Source: Promethearchaeota archaeon
Lineage (GTDB): Archaea; Asgardarchaeota; Lokiarchaeia; Sigyniarchaeales; SOKP01
Direction: 5' to 3'
Length of the DNA stretch: 64,000 nucleotides
Assembly: GCA_048938025.1 (NCBI GenBank)
Contig: JBHLMP010000005.1
Location: 44,551-108,550 of the forward strand
The notes beneath the pieces were generated by a model. It was given only the letters and a program-made list of their open reading frames with translations. It was not told where the DNA came from and did no database searches. A program made the position numbers and the translations under genes. Shown here one piece after another: positions 20,536-30,673 of this stretch; position 1 is the stretch's first letter, and each line of letters starts with the position of its first letter.

Positions 20536-21183
20536 ATGCCAAGCGGCGTATTATCTCACCAAGCACCTGGATTGATATTAAAGGTAAAATATCCGAATAA
20601 ATTTGATGGAACAGCTTTATGCATTAGTACAATAGTTCCTGATGTCAATATAATTTTTGACCCGTTTTTATCTTTCACATTTAGAAATATTACTCATAGT
20701 TTATTGGGGCTAATATTAATTACCTTACCTTTAACACTTATTTTAACCATGCTATTTTGTACATATATTGGACCATTTTACGCTAATCTTGCGAAGAGAA
20801 ATGGAATTTTTGCTAAACCTTTAAAATATTTTGGTATAGATCAATGGGATAACTTAAAGAAAAAAAAATATAATAGAAAATTTTTTATTGTTGCGTCATA
20901 TTCTGCATTGATTGGAGGATTAACACATCTTTTACTCGATCTTCCCGCACATGAAAACATAGAGATCTTTTTTCCGATAATTATGCAATCTCCCGATATA
21001 TTACTTTACTCTATAAAAGATTTTGGTACCATTAATATCGGACGTCACCAAATAGATGCTGATTTAACAGTATATCAACTTATATGGTTTATTGAAACTT
21101 TAATAACGGCTGTTATCGCTGTTTATCTTCTTAGATATATTAAAAAGCATAATTTAATTAGTAAATGGTATAAAGAAATTTGA
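20536..21183 (+). CDS. DUF4184-like membrane-bound metal-dependent hydrolase
   Basis: MPSGVLSH, IVPD, THS, THLLLDLPAH. Confidence 0.75.
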   Translation: MPSGVLSHQAPGLILKVKYPNKFDGTALCISTIVPDVNIIFDPFLSFTFRNITHSLLGLILITLPLTLILTMLFCTYIGPFYANLAKRNGIFAKPLKYFGIDQWDNLKKKKYNRKFFIVASYSALIGGLTHLLLDLPAHENIEIFFPIIMQSPDILLYSIKDFGTINIGRHQIDADLTVYQLIWFIETLITAVIAVYLLRYIKKHNLISKWYKEI

Positions 21184-21292
21184 CTTTTTTTTCTTTCCAA
21201 TTTATCCAACAAAAAATATTATATGTTTATTCATAATCTTTTTACATAAAAATCTATTTACGTCTGACGAAAAAAATAATTGGTAATATAGA

Positions 21293-21517
21293 ATGAAAAA
21301 GAAGAATATAGGATTTATTTTGTTAGGGGTAGCAGGTATGGAAATTGTATTTACGCTTATATCTCTCACCGTAGCGCCTCATGTATTTGAACAGATGGAA
21401 TGGCCAACAAAGCGAATAAAATTTATTACCATTTCTTATTTAATAATTGGTATAGTAATTACTATTGTTCTTGTTTGTATAGGATTGATATTGATAATAA
21501 AATTCCGCGAAGAATAA
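21293..21517 (+). CDS. Small 2TM hypothetical protein
   Basis: Two hydrophobic helices with a basic N-terminus. Confidence 0.6.
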   Translation: MKKKNIGFILLGVAGMEIVFTLISLTVAPHVFEQMEWPTKRIKFITISYLIIGIVITIVLVCIGLILIIKFREE

Positions 21518-21573
21518 TTTTAACCTAATCCTATTGTTCTAATAAAAAAAATAAAAATAGGAGGAAAAAAATA

Positions 21574-21957
21574 TTGAAAGATTTAACAGTTATTTTAAAA
21601 AATCAACCGGGTATGTTAGCTGATATGGGGGAGACCCTAGGAAAAAATGGCATCAATATGGAAGGGATATGTGGATTTCCCCTAAAAAATGAAGGTATTA
21701 TTCATCTTTTAGTAGAAGATGAAACCACAACTCAATGGGTACTCGAAGACGCTGGTTTTGAAGTACGCGCTGTGCGTGAAGTACTCGTTATGGATATTGG
21801 TAATATTGCAGGAAAACCGGGCACAGGAGGGAAAATGGCGCGTAAAATAGGTAATGTAGGAGTTAATATTGACCTAATCTATCTTGCCGAGAATAACAGA
21901 ATAGTTCTCGGAGTTGACGACTTAGATAAAGCACGCGCTGCTTTGGGGATAGAATGA
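21574..21957 (+). CDS. Tandem ACT domain protein
   Basis: LKNQPGMLA...GINM; GKPGTGG...GVNIDLIY; GGAGG SD with TTG start. Confidence 0.85.
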   Translation: MKDLTVILKNQPGMLADMGETLGKNGINMEGICGFPLKNEGIIHLLVEDETTTQWVLEDAGFEVRAVREVLVMDIGNIAGKPGTGGKMARKIGNVGVNIDLIYLAENNRIVLGVDDLDKARAALGIE

Positions 21958-22118
21958 AAAAGAACCTGTTTAAATAAGAATATATACTCATTTTTATAAT
22001 AATCAAATTTTTTTACCTCTTTTTTGTAAAGATTTAATAATTTGTTTAGCATAATTAAATACTTGTACATTTATGTGCAAAATATAAAATATTTACAAAA
22101 GTAAAAGGGTGATAACAA

Positions 22119-22415
22119 ATGGGAAAATATTTGCTTCTTTGGGAAATAGATTCAACACGATTACCAGTTAGTCGTAAAGAACGAGCAGTAGGATGGAGTG
22201 CTTTACTGAAATTTGTAAAAGAAGATATAAAAAGTGGAAGAACTCTTCATTGGGGTTCCTTTGTAGGCGAACTGAGAGGATTTAGCATTATAGAAGGGGA
22301 CGAAGTAGAGATTAACATTCAATTGCAACAATACTCTCCATTTGTACATTTTGAAACTCACGCTATTATTGGAGTTGAAGAGGTGGAGAAAGTTATCGAA
22401 GCAATGCAAAAATAA
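22119..22415 (+). CDS. DUF3303-like / GYD-like small protein
   Basis: KYLLLW, HWGSFVGELRGFSIIEG, YSPFVHFE; GGTGA SD. Confidence 0.55.
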   Translation: MGKYLLLWEIDSTRLPVSRKERAVGWSALLKFVKEDIKSGRTLHWGSFVGELRGFSIIEGDEVEINIQLQQYSPFVHFETHAIIGVEEVEKVIEAMQK

Positions 22416-22575
22416 ATAAAATTGTTCTCTAATTAACAGTAATTTATAATAAAATCTAAATAAGCTTCTTTTTATTTTTAACTAATCAATTATTTTTAAT
22501 AATTAGATTTTATAGATCTACCAAATAATAGATCTTTTTAATTTTTAACTATTTGAGATATTTTGTGATGCAACA

Positions 22576-23019
22576 ATGAGTTGGAGGGATATAAGACCAA
22601 TTGTTATATGCTTATTTTACCATAATGAAAGGATTCTTGTTTTCGAAGGATATGATAAAGGAAAGGATCAAACCTTTTATAGACCAATAGGTGGAGCAAT
22701 AGAATTTGGTGAATATTGGGAACAAGCATTGAAAAGAGAAATTAGAGAAGAAATCCAAGCAGAAATTAAAGATATAAAGTTCTTAACCATGTTTGAAAAT
22801 ATTTTTATGTATGAGGGAAAGATGGGTCATGAAATTGTATTGGTTTTTGATGCGACTTTGATTGATAATACTTTATATGGAAAAACTCTCATAGTGCAAG
22901 AGGATGATGAGAATCAAACTAAATTTAACGCTTACTGGAAAAGTTTAGAAGAAATCAAACAAGAAAGTCGACCTTTATATCCTGATGGACTTTATAGTTT
23001 TATTGAAAAATATTATTAA
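22576..23019 (+). CDS. NUDIX hydrolase
   Basis: Nudix box GGAIEFGEYWEQALKREIREE. Confidence 0.9.
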   Translation: MSWRDIRPIVICLFYHNERILVFEGYDKGKDQTFYRPIGGAIEFGEYWEQALKREIREEIQAEIKDIKFLTMFENIFMYEGKMGHEIVLVFDATLIDNTLYGKTLIVQEDDENQTKFNAYWKSLEEIKQESRPLYPDGLYSFIEKYY

Positions 23020-23038
23020 AAAAAAATTATGATAAAAA

Positions 23039-23578
23039 TCATACTTGAATAAAGATGCTTGCAAATCTCTTTCCAACCTTTACTAATCCCATCTTAATGA
23101 ATTGTGCTTTTGAGATTTCTCCGTCTTTACATCTTTGCCAAGCATTCTTTAAAATCTTCCAATCGGAACCTAGATTTTCTTTCATATAAGTTTCAATATT
23201 ATCGATTTTTTCCATCATAGGTTCAATCAACGAAGCAACTTCAGACACTTTCAATTTAATCTCTTTAGTGTCGTCTTTTATTTCAGATAGTTTATATTCC
23301 ATCTTTTCTAATTTGTAACAGAGTCTCTTGTATCGCTTATATTTAGGATCACTCTCTTTTAAATTTTTCATCATCTTCTTCAATGAACCTTTCATTTTCC
23401 TCAAATTATTAGAAAAATTTTTATTCACTTGTAAGAAGAATTTTCCTGATTTTTCAGAAAATCCTTTAAAACCCTTTTTCAAGTCAATAAAAAATTGGCT
23501 GAATGGATTTCTTTTCTTTTTCTTTCGTATTATAACTGTATCCTCTTGAGCTGGATCATCATTTTTAGACTTTTCCAT
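23039..23578 (-). CDS. Basic coiled-coil hypothetical protein
   Basis: ATG at 23578 follows GGAGTGA. Coiled coil followed by LGSDW...W...KDGEISK. Confidence 0.65.
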   Translation of the reverse strand: MEKSKNDDPAQEDTVIIRKKKKRNPFSQFFIDLKKGFKGFSEKSGKFFLQVNKNFSNNLRKMKGSLKKMMKNLKESDPKYKRYKRLCYKLEKMEYKLSEIKDDTKEIKLKVSEVASLIEPMMEKIDNIETYMKENLGSDWKILKNAWQRCKDGEISKAQFIKMGLVKVGKRFASIFIQV

Positions 23579-23884
23579 ATTTGTTTTCACTCCTAGGAAT
23601 TCTATTCTAACTATCAGAAGATTAAATAAGAATTTAAAATTATTCATAAATAATTCTTATCCTTATTTATCGTGGGGTGTTATTATAGAAAATAATAAAA
23701 ACTTAACATTTAGAGCCAAATCCTTATTGTCAATTTTGATCTTTATAATATTCAAAAAGTGAGGATTAATAATTTGTTTGTAGATACTCCTTAGTATTTT
23801 TTTAAGTAATTACTCTGCAAGAATAACCTTTTTTTATTAAGATAGTTTAATTTAATTTTCTTAAATTTAAAATAAAATTATCAA

Positions 23885-24685
23885 ATGGTAATAGATATGA
23901 AGATTATAGATCTTGAGGATAAATATTTACAAGAATATTTTATGTGTCTTGAGGAATGGTCAGATGAGATACGAGAAGCAGGAAATCATAAACAGGAATG
24001 GTTTAATAAGATGAAGGATAAAGGGCTTGGAGTTAAGCTTGCTGTTGATGATGAAGGAGTCGCTGGTGGAATGATTCAATATATCCCAATAGAATATTCT
24101 AATGCTGAAGGGGTTGATCTCTATTTCATAAATTGTATCTGGGTTCATGGATATAAAGAAGGGAGAGGCGATTTTCAAAAAATGGGTTATGGAAAGGCTC
24201 TACTTCAAGCCGCTGAAGAAGATGTTAAGAAAAGAGGTGCTAAAGGAATAGTTGCATGGGGTCTTTCCCTTCCTTTTTGGATGAAAGCTTCATGGTTTAA
24301 AAAGAATGGTTATTCAAGAATAGATAAAGATAGCATAGCTTCATTGTTATGGAAACCATTTACCGATGGTGCGATTCCCCCTAAGTGGATAAAAGAAAAA
24401 AAGCGACCTCAACCAATATTGGGTAAAGTTTTAGTAACTTCTTTTCTTAATGGATGGTGTCCCGCTCAAAATCTAATAAGAGAGAGAGCTAAAAAGGCTG
24501 CAAGTGAATTAGGAGATAAAGTTATTTATCAAGAAATTGATACATTTGAACGAGAAAAGCTGTTAGAATGGGGGATTTTAGATGCTTTATATATTGATGA
24601 CCAACAAATAAGAACTGGTCCTCCACCCTCTTATGAAAAAATAAAAAAAAAAATTATTAAAAAACTTAAAAAGTTAGATAAGTAA
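23885..24685 (+). CDS. GNAT acetyltransferase with C-terminal thioredoxin-like (YoaP-like) domain
   Basis: CIWV...QKMGYGKALL, GWCP, GPPPSYE. Confidence 0.85.
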   Translation: MVIDMKIIDLEDKYLQEYFMCLEEWSDEIREAGNHKQEWFNKMKDKGLGVKLAVDDEGVAGGMIQYIPIEYSNAEGVDLYFINCIWVHGYKEGRGDFQKMGYGKALLQAAEEDVKKRGAKGIVAWGLSLPFWMKASWFKKNGYSRIDKDSIASLLWKPFTDGAIPPKWIKEKKRPQPILGKVLVTSFLNGWCPAQNLIRERAKKAASELGDKVIYQEIDTFEREKLLEWGILDALYIDDQQIRTGPPPSYEKIKKKIIKKLKKLDK

Positions 24686-24712
24686 AAGTTATGGTCCCGG
24701 AGTTCTGTAATT

Positions 24713-24870
24713 TTATTCATATGTGCGATATGTTTTCAGAGCAAGTACAAAGATATATTGTCCATTAGCTATAATGACAAACCGTTCAGCCAAACCCATT
24801 ATCTCACTTCCAGTTACAAAAAAGCAAAGAATGAAACCACAACCGTAGAAGCAAACATTACTAAAGCTAT
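24713..24870 (-). pseudogene. Probable C-terminal remnant of a membrane protein (DUF998-like)
   Basis: FFVTGSEIMGLAERFVIIANGQYIFVLALK; no credible 5' part. Confidence 0.3.
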
Positions 24871-25035
24871 AATTAATAAAAACATCCCAATTTAACACCA
24901 TTGATATTAGGTTTAAAATTAAATATAAAGAGATTGCTTTCTAGGGACTTATTCAGAGTAAGAAATTAAGTAGATATCTTGAAATGTTATTAATTAAGAT
25001 TAAACATTTATAATTTTAAATGTTTAACCAATATT

Positions 25036-26103
25036 ATGAATCGAGTTCATATTTCTAGATTTCTTTTTTCAATTTTAGTTGGAAGTTTAATTTTTTCTTC
25101 AATTGTTAGAACTGATCTATCTTATACAAGATCTCAACCTATTCAAAATACTTTTATTCCTGGATCTTGTACTATTTTTACTGTAAATATTAGCGATACA
25201 ATATATTTTGGAAATAATGAGGATTATCGCTTGCCTAAGACATATATGTGGTTGGTTCCTTCTCAAGAGATTACACCATTATTCGAAACTATTACTACAT
25301 ATGGTTTTGTAGCTTTTGGGTTCAGATATAATGATGATCCGGCAGATGGCTATGCCCAAGGAGGCATGAATGATCAAGGTTTGTGTGTAGATGGTAATGG
25401 ACTTCCCGCAATACCTATGAATCCTCACCCCGAGCGAGAAGTTCCTTATACAAATGTATTAGAACAAACCCTTTTTGAATGTGCAAATGTTAGTGAAGTA
25501 ATCCATTGGTACCAAACTCATTATCTGGGTAGTGTTTGGAGTTGTCAGATCCATTATGCGGATGCTTCAGGAGATGCTGTTGTCATAAGCGTGGGTTTAG
25601 ATGGAGAATTTGCATTTACTCGCAAAAATTCATCTCATTATCTAGTATCAACTAATTTTAACTTAGCAAATCCAGCCAATGGATATTACCCCTGTAGCCG
25701 ATATAGTACCGCTACAAGTATGCTTGCAAGTATAACGGATGAGGCAGATCTTACTCTTGGTGCTTGCAGAGATGTCTTAGATGCTGTACATCAAGAAGGG
25801 GAATATGGCACAAAGTATAGTAATATTTTTGATCCCGTCAATTTAGAATTCCATCTGTTCTATAACCATAATTTCGATAAAATTGTATCATTAGATCTTC
25901 TATCTGAACTTGGAAACGTTCATCGTGGAGGATTAGGTGTACAAGAGATACCAGATTGGATATATTTCAAAGAAGTTCGGATATCTTCTCTATTTTCAGA
26001 AAGTATTATTCCAGGGTATCCCATTATTATTCTTATCTCATCTATCGCTTTAATAGTATCGATATTTATAATTTTTAACTTAAAACGATATAAGGTAAAT
26101 TAA
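25036..26103 (+). CDS. Secreted Ntn-hydrolase (choloylglycine hydrolase/C45-like) with Loki-CTERM-type sorting tail
   Basis: Signal peptide; SCTIF...GNNEDY; GGMNDQGL; STNF; C-terminal IPGYP, TM helix, then KRYK. Confidence 0.8.
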   Translation: MNRVHISRFLFSILVGSLIFSSIVRTDLSYTRSQPIQNTFIPGSCTIFTVNISDTIYFGNNEDYRLPKTYMWLVPSQEITPLFETITTYGFVAFGFRYNDDPADGYAQGGMNDQGLCVDGNGLPAIPMNPHPEREVPYTNVLEQTLFECANVSEVIHWYQTHYLGSVWSCQIHYADASGDAVVISVGLDGEFAFTRKNSSHYLVSTNFNLANPANGYYPCSRYSTATSMLASITDEADLTLGACRDVLDAVHQEGEYGTKYSNIFDPVNLEFHLFYNHNFDKIVSLDLLSELGNVHRGGLGVQEIPDWIYFKEVRISSLFSESIIPGYPIIILISSIALIVSIFIIFNLKRYKVN

Positions 26104-26137
26104 ATTTTGTAATTTAATAACTATTTTCTTTGCAATT

Positions 26138-26917
26138 ATGCCAGAACTTCCAGAAGTGGAAACATTTAAACGATATTTAGATGAAACATCTTTAAAGCAA
26201 GTAATTAAAGAAGTTAAAATAATTGACGTTAGAGTTTTGAATATCGATGATTCTTATCTAATAAAATCAGTAAAAGATAAACAATTCGAATCATCCACGC
26301 GACATGGTAAATATCTTCTTGTTCATCTCAAGCCAAAATATCTTGTATTTCATTTTGGCATGACTGGAGAATTAGAATATTATAATAAAAAAGAGGTGGA
26401 CCCTAACTACAGTAAAGTCATATTTCAATTCAAGAATGATTATAATTTAGCTTATATCTCTCGTAGAATGTTTGGAAAATTAGATATCGTTGATTCAATT
26501 CAGGAATTTACCACCAAGAAAAAATTAGGACCAGATGCTTTCAAAATGAGCCTTGAAGAATTTAAAGAGGCAACTAAGAGAAGAACTGCTATTCTTAAAA
26601 ATGCTTTATTAAATCAGAGCTTTGTTGCTGGTATTGGTAATATTTATTCTGATGAAATTTTATTCAGAACAAAATTACATCCAAAAACTAAAATTGATGC
26701 CTTAAATGAAAGTAAAATAAAAGAATTGTATGATAATATTAAGGGAGTTTTGAAGTTTGGAATAGAAAAACAAGGTGATTTAAGTAGCTATCCAACAAGT
26801 TTTTTAATACCGCACCGCAAGAAAGAGGAACAATGTCCAATCTGTAATGCTGAAATCGAACGTTTTGAACTTTCTGGAAGGCATGGATTCTATTGTCCAA
26901 GTTGCCAAAAATTATAA
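26138..26917 (+). CDS. mutM: Formamidopyrimidine-DNA glycosylase (Fpg/Nei)
   Basis: MPELPEVE, RHGKYL, HFGMTG, GIGNIYSDE, CPIC...CPSCQ. Confidence 0.92.
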   Translation: MPELPEVETFKRYLDETSLKQVIKEVKIIDVRVLNIDDSYLIKSVKDKQFESSTRHGKYLLVHLKPKYLVFHFGMTGELEYYNKKEVDPNYSKVIFQFKNDYNLAYISRRMFGKLDIVDSIQEFTTKKKLGPDAFKMSLEEFKEATKRRTAILKNALLNQSFVAGIGNIYSDEILFRTKLHPKTKIDALNESKIKELYDNIKGVLKFGIEKQGDLSSYPTSFLIPHRKKEEQCPICNAEIERFELSGRHGFYCPSCQKL

Positions 26918-26925
26918 AGGAAAAT

Positions 26926-27054
26926 TTAGTGTTGGGTTTTACTTGTAAATCTAAAATTATTCACTTTTATTGGTGCTACTATACTTGGAACACCATAAAC
27001 GTCCACAATAGGTTGTCTAAATTCTTTTCCAACTTCGCTAACTAGCTTATAGAC
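26926..27054 (-). pseudogene. Probable C-terminal remnant of a TldD/PmbA-family gene
   Basis: VYKLVSEVGKEFRQPIVDVYGVPSIVAPIKVNNFRFTSKTQH* with no start, directly after the GTPase stop. Confidence 0.5.
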
Positions 27055-27055
27055 T

Positions 27056-27625
27056 TTATAATTCTGTAGATATCGATTTATGTTTATAATATAAATTTTC
27101 AATTAGTGAATTAAAAGCCTCATGGACTCCTTGCCCTGTTTTAGCGGAAGTTATGTAATACCCAAGAAAATTTCGTTTTTTTACAATCTCTTGAATCCCA
27201 GAGTGATCTAAACTATCCTCTTTGATCAAATCGACTTTATTAGCAAAAATCACTATAGGAATTTCACCACAGAATTGTATAGTATCTTCATGCCACTTTT
27301 TAATATTTTTGAAGCTCCGTTTACCCAAATCATTTTCTTCGAGACTATATACAATAATGGCGGCATTACTTGCTCTATAAAAAGAAGGACGTAAAAAATG
27401 AAAATCGTCTTGCCCAGCTATATCCCAAAATAATAATCTAATCTTATCTCCACTAATTTCTGCATCAAACTCAGAAAGTTGCGCACCAACAGTTTTAAGA
27501 TAATCCTTTTGAAAAGTTCCTTGAGTAAATTTCAGAATCAAGGTAGTTTTTCCTACGAAACCATCCCCTATAACCACAATCTTAAATTTCCGAAATTTTT
27601 CTGAATCTTTCTTTGAATCGCTAAT
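27056..27625 (-). CDS. Rab-like small GTPase (probable ATT start at 27625)
   Basis: FKIVVIGDGFVGKTT, TVG, WDIAGQ, LRPSFYRAS, NKVD, TSAKTG; no CAAX tail. Confidence 0.9.
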   Translation of the reverse strand: MSDSKKDSEKFRKFKIVVIGDGFVGKTTLILKFTQGTFQKDYLKTVGAQLSEFDAEISGDKIRLLFWDIAGQDDFHFLRPSFYRASNAAIIVYSLEENDLGKRSFKNIKKWHEDTIQFCGEIPIVIFANKVDLIKEDSLDHSGIQEIVKKRNFLGYYITSAKTGQGVHEAFNSLIENLYYKHKSISTEL

Positions 27626-27711
27626 TGGTATTCACATCACACCATTTTTCTTTTTAATAGAAGATTAGATTTTTCTAAATATAAAATTTTAGTCTTAATA
27701 ACCAATATAAT

Positions 27712-27744
27712 TCTAAAAGAAAAAAAAGAATCCTATAAAGGATT
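27712..27744 (-). terminator. Putative terminator (short hairpin plus oligo-T) of the 27765..27986 gene
   Basis: AATCCT-ATAA-AGGATT hairpin (27729-27744) followed on the minus strand by T tracts. Confidence 0.4.
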
Positions 27745-27764
27745 TTAATATTTAATCTTTAATT

Positions 27765-27986
27765 TTATGATAAACCATCTAGTATTGCACATATTACAAC
27801 TATTATTCCATAAAGTACTTCTGGGGCCCCAATCAAAAGACCAATTACCGCAAGAACAATACCTACAATTAATAAATCTCCTGAAAGTGAAAAATCACTG
27901 AGATAGCATACAGATAAAATTATAAAACCAATTATATTTATTATTCCTCCAGTTGCTCTTGCTTGCCATGGATAATTCCAACCCAT
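27765..27986 (-). CDS. Small membrane protein (2-3 TM)
   Basis: Hydrophobic 73 aa with a GGTGA SD. Confidence 0.65.
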   Translation of the reverse strand: MGWNYPWQARATGGIINIIGFIILSVCYLSDFSLSGDLLIVGIVLAVIGLLIGAPEVLYGIIVVICAILDGLS

Positions 27987-28049
27987 TATTCACAATCACC
28001 TTTTTTTTACTTTTTTTTATTTTTTTTTCTTTAATTGAAATATCAATTT

Positions 28050-28095
28050 ACTTCGTTTTATAGTTAAATTGTGGCAACTTTTTACGAAGTTCGAA
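28050..28095. promoter_or_regulatory. Conserved promoter module copy 1 (ACTTC..TTTATAGTT-N19-CGAAGTTCGAA)
   Basis: Matches 32387-32431 in motif and spacing. Confidence 0.5.
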
Positions 28096-28164
28096 TCTTA
28101 TAAATAGAAGAAAAACCTAACTATAATTATAGAATCAAAAAAATAAGTAAAAAGCAAAGAAATC

Positions 28165-30648
28165 ATGAGCATAATAAATTATCCTCCTGAAGAGATATAT
28201 AACCCTCCTAAATTCGAAAATAAAAATTTTGAACTTATAATTCTTTGGATGCTATTTAATAACGAAGAATGTACATGGGCTAGTTTTACTAAAGAACCTC
28301 TTGGATTTAGTACTTCTACTTTATCCAAATATTTTAACATCCTAAAAAGTAAAGGATATGTCGATAATTATTCTCGAGGATATTATAAGATTACAGATGA
28401 TGGCAAAAAGAGATTTCACGAGATATCTAGAGAAAGTAAAAAGAAGAGAAAATTAAATTATCCTCCCAAAGTAATTAGAAGGAAAAGAAATTATGATGAT
28501 TGGATTCTTTGGATGGTATACAATAATACTTATTGTAAATGGTCGAATTTTCTTGAACCTCCTCTCTCCATTAATCAATCGTCATTATCAAAAAAAATGA
28601 ATTTCTTATTAGAAAACGGTCTTGTAATTAAAGAAAATAAAGAGTACAGAATTACTCACTCAGGTAAAGTAGAATATTCTAGAATGTTACAAAATTATGA
28701 TTTAGACAGGCAGTCAATTTTAAATGAAGAAAGCAAAAGAATTGAAGAGATTACTAAAAAAACATTAGAATTTTTTGAAGATTATAATATAATAGATGAA
28801 GATATTCAATTTCGGTTTCTCACAAACGTCATAAAATTAGATTATGATCGAGTTAAATCTATGCTAACAGACCAATTGGATTTTAAAAAGATTTTATTAT
28901 TTCTTTCGATAAATCATCCAAATCAATATCCTGATCATATTGCACCTGAAGATTTTTCGAAGAAATATAGGATAGATATCAAGAAACTGGGGTATTACAT
29001 TGATGAAATTGTAGAGAATAAGATATATCCAATTAAATTCTTCAAATTAAAAGTATCACCAGATATCTATTATTACTTTCAAGAAAATGAAACTTTAGAA
29101 TTAATGCTACGAGCAATTACTGAAAAATATATTACTAAATTTACATATTTAACCAGGTTATTTTCAAGACCCTTCGATATAAATAGTATTCAAAATCATA
29201 TTCTAGCAGATATATGTGATATATTATTTAACAAAGCCCTAAAGGAATCTCTGAAAAAATTTCTCCCTAATTATATCAATTATTTAGCTTATAAAATTGA
29301 AGCAAAAGTTGAATTAAAGGAAACATATGATAAGTTAGACGCTATTATTTGGCAAAATATGATAGATATATTTCAATTAAGAAATCCTGAGGACTTGGAA
29401 TATCAATTTATTGGTCAGAATGAAATTAATTATCAATTAGATACTGTAATATTAGAAATACTAAAACCATATTATAAATCTAAATTAGATTCAACAAGTA
29501 AGGTAATACAACACTTAATCGATAAGAAAGAATATAATAAAGCCTTAGAAACGGTAAATCCTGCTATAGAGTCAAATCAAGATTATACAATCTTAATCAT
29601 TCAAAAAGCAATCATACTGTGCTATTTAAATCGTTTTAAAGATGTAAGGGATTTTTTAAATGAAGAGTTAGAATCATCAGAGAGTAAGGAAATGGATCAA
29701 ACTAACATTTTAATTTTCTTTCTTTCTGTTTTTTCAAGTATGACTATTGGAGATTTTGAAAGCGCATTAATTAATACAAATAGAATTTTTAAAAATTTTC
29801 CAAACCATCCTCTTTCTTATGCTACAAAAGGATTAACTCTTGGATATAATCGTATTTATAAATTTGATAATGAAAAAACGCAAGAAGATTCCGGTTTAAA
29901 TGATCTTGATAATGCAATTAATTTAGATTCTATCAAGTTGAATAAAGCACTATATTATCAATTAAAAAGCCGTATTTTTCTCGAGATGAAAAAATTTGAA
30001 GATTCGATTGAAGTGATTGATAAAGCTATTACGCTAACTCCTAAGAGAATTGACTTATATAACTCTAAAAGTGCTATTCTATTGTATTACAACCAGTATG
30101 ACGATTTATTACAATTTCTTGATAAGATGCTTGAAACCTTTCCTAAAATGGAAAAGGACATTAAAATGAAAAAAGCATCTGTTTATAGGCAATTAGGAAA
30201 TATAGATGCAGGATTTAAAATTATCGATGAATTGCTTGAAAAAAATCCTGAGGATTATAATATTCTTAATTATAAAGCTTATTGGTATCAGTATGCAAAC
30301 AAAAAAGAAGAAGCAGTAAAAATTATTGAGCAAGTAATTGAGAATGAGCCTAATAATGGGGCATATTATGATTCATATGGTGAAATTCTCATGAATTTTG
30401 AAGAATATGAAAAAGCGGTGGAGCAATTTCAAAAAGCAATCAAAATGAGTAGTTTTGGATGGTTCATCTATCAGACTTATATTAAACTAGGCATTTGTTA
30501 TAAAGAACTCGAAAACTATAAATTAGCCCTTAAAAATCTAAAGAGGGGCAAAGAATATACTAATAAATGTTTTTGTGATTATGAGACGAAGCGGAAATGG
30601 TTAACAATTGCAGATCTTTTTATTACAGAAACCGAATATTACTTATAA
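28165..30648 (+). CDS. Tandem winged-helix plus TPR repeat protein (Lokiarchaeia-type regulator)
   Basis: Two homologous N-terminal units NYPP...ILWM..NN..C.W..F...PL....S.LSK....L...G.V; C-terminal TPRs such as YDSYGEILMNFEEYEKAVEQFQKAI. Confidence 0.8.
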   Translation: MSIINYPPEEIYNPPKFENKNFELIILWMLFNNEECTWASFTKEPLGFSTSTLSKYFNILKSKGYVDNYSRGYYKITDDGKKRFHEISRESKKKRKLNYPPKVIRRKRNYDDWILWMVYNNTYCKWSNFLEPPLSINQSSLSKKMNFLLENGLVIKENKEYRITHSGKVEYSRMLQNYDLDRQSILNEESKRIEEITKKTLEFFEDYNIIDEDIQFRFLTNVIKLDYDRVKSMLTDQLDFKKILLFLSINHPNQYPDHIAPEDFSKKYRIDIKKLGYYIDEIVENKIYPIKFFKLKVSPDIYYYFQENETLELMLRAITEKYITKFTYLTRLFSRPFDINSIQNHILADICDILFNKALKESLKKFLPNYINYLAYKIEAKVELKETYDKLDAIIWQNMIDIFQLRNPEDLEYQFIGQNEINYQLDTVILEILKPYYKSKLDSTSKVIQHLIDKKEYNKALETVNPAIESNQDYTILIIQKAIILCYLNRFKDVRDFLNEELESSESKEMDQTNILIFFLSVFSSMTIGDFESALINTNRIFKNFPNHPLSYATKGLTLGYNRIYKFDNEKTQEDSGLNDLDNAINLDSIKLNKALYYQLKSRIFLEMKKFEDSIEVIDKAITLTPKRIDLYNSKSAILLYYNQYDDLLQFLDKMLETFPKMEKDIKMKKASVYRQLGNIDAGFKIIDELLEKNPEDYNILNYKAYWYQYANKKEEAVKIIEQVIENEPNNGAYYDSYGEILMNFEEYEKAVEQFQKAIKMSSFGWFIYQTYIKLGICYKELENYKLALKNLKRGKEYTNKCFCDYETKRKWLTIADLFITETEYYL

Positions 30649-30673
30649 ATCTCTTTTTATTCAAACCAATTTG

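Noticed and set aside
23579-23647. N-terminal extension of the coiled-coil ORF
   Set aside because: The GGAGTGA SD points to ATG at 23578.
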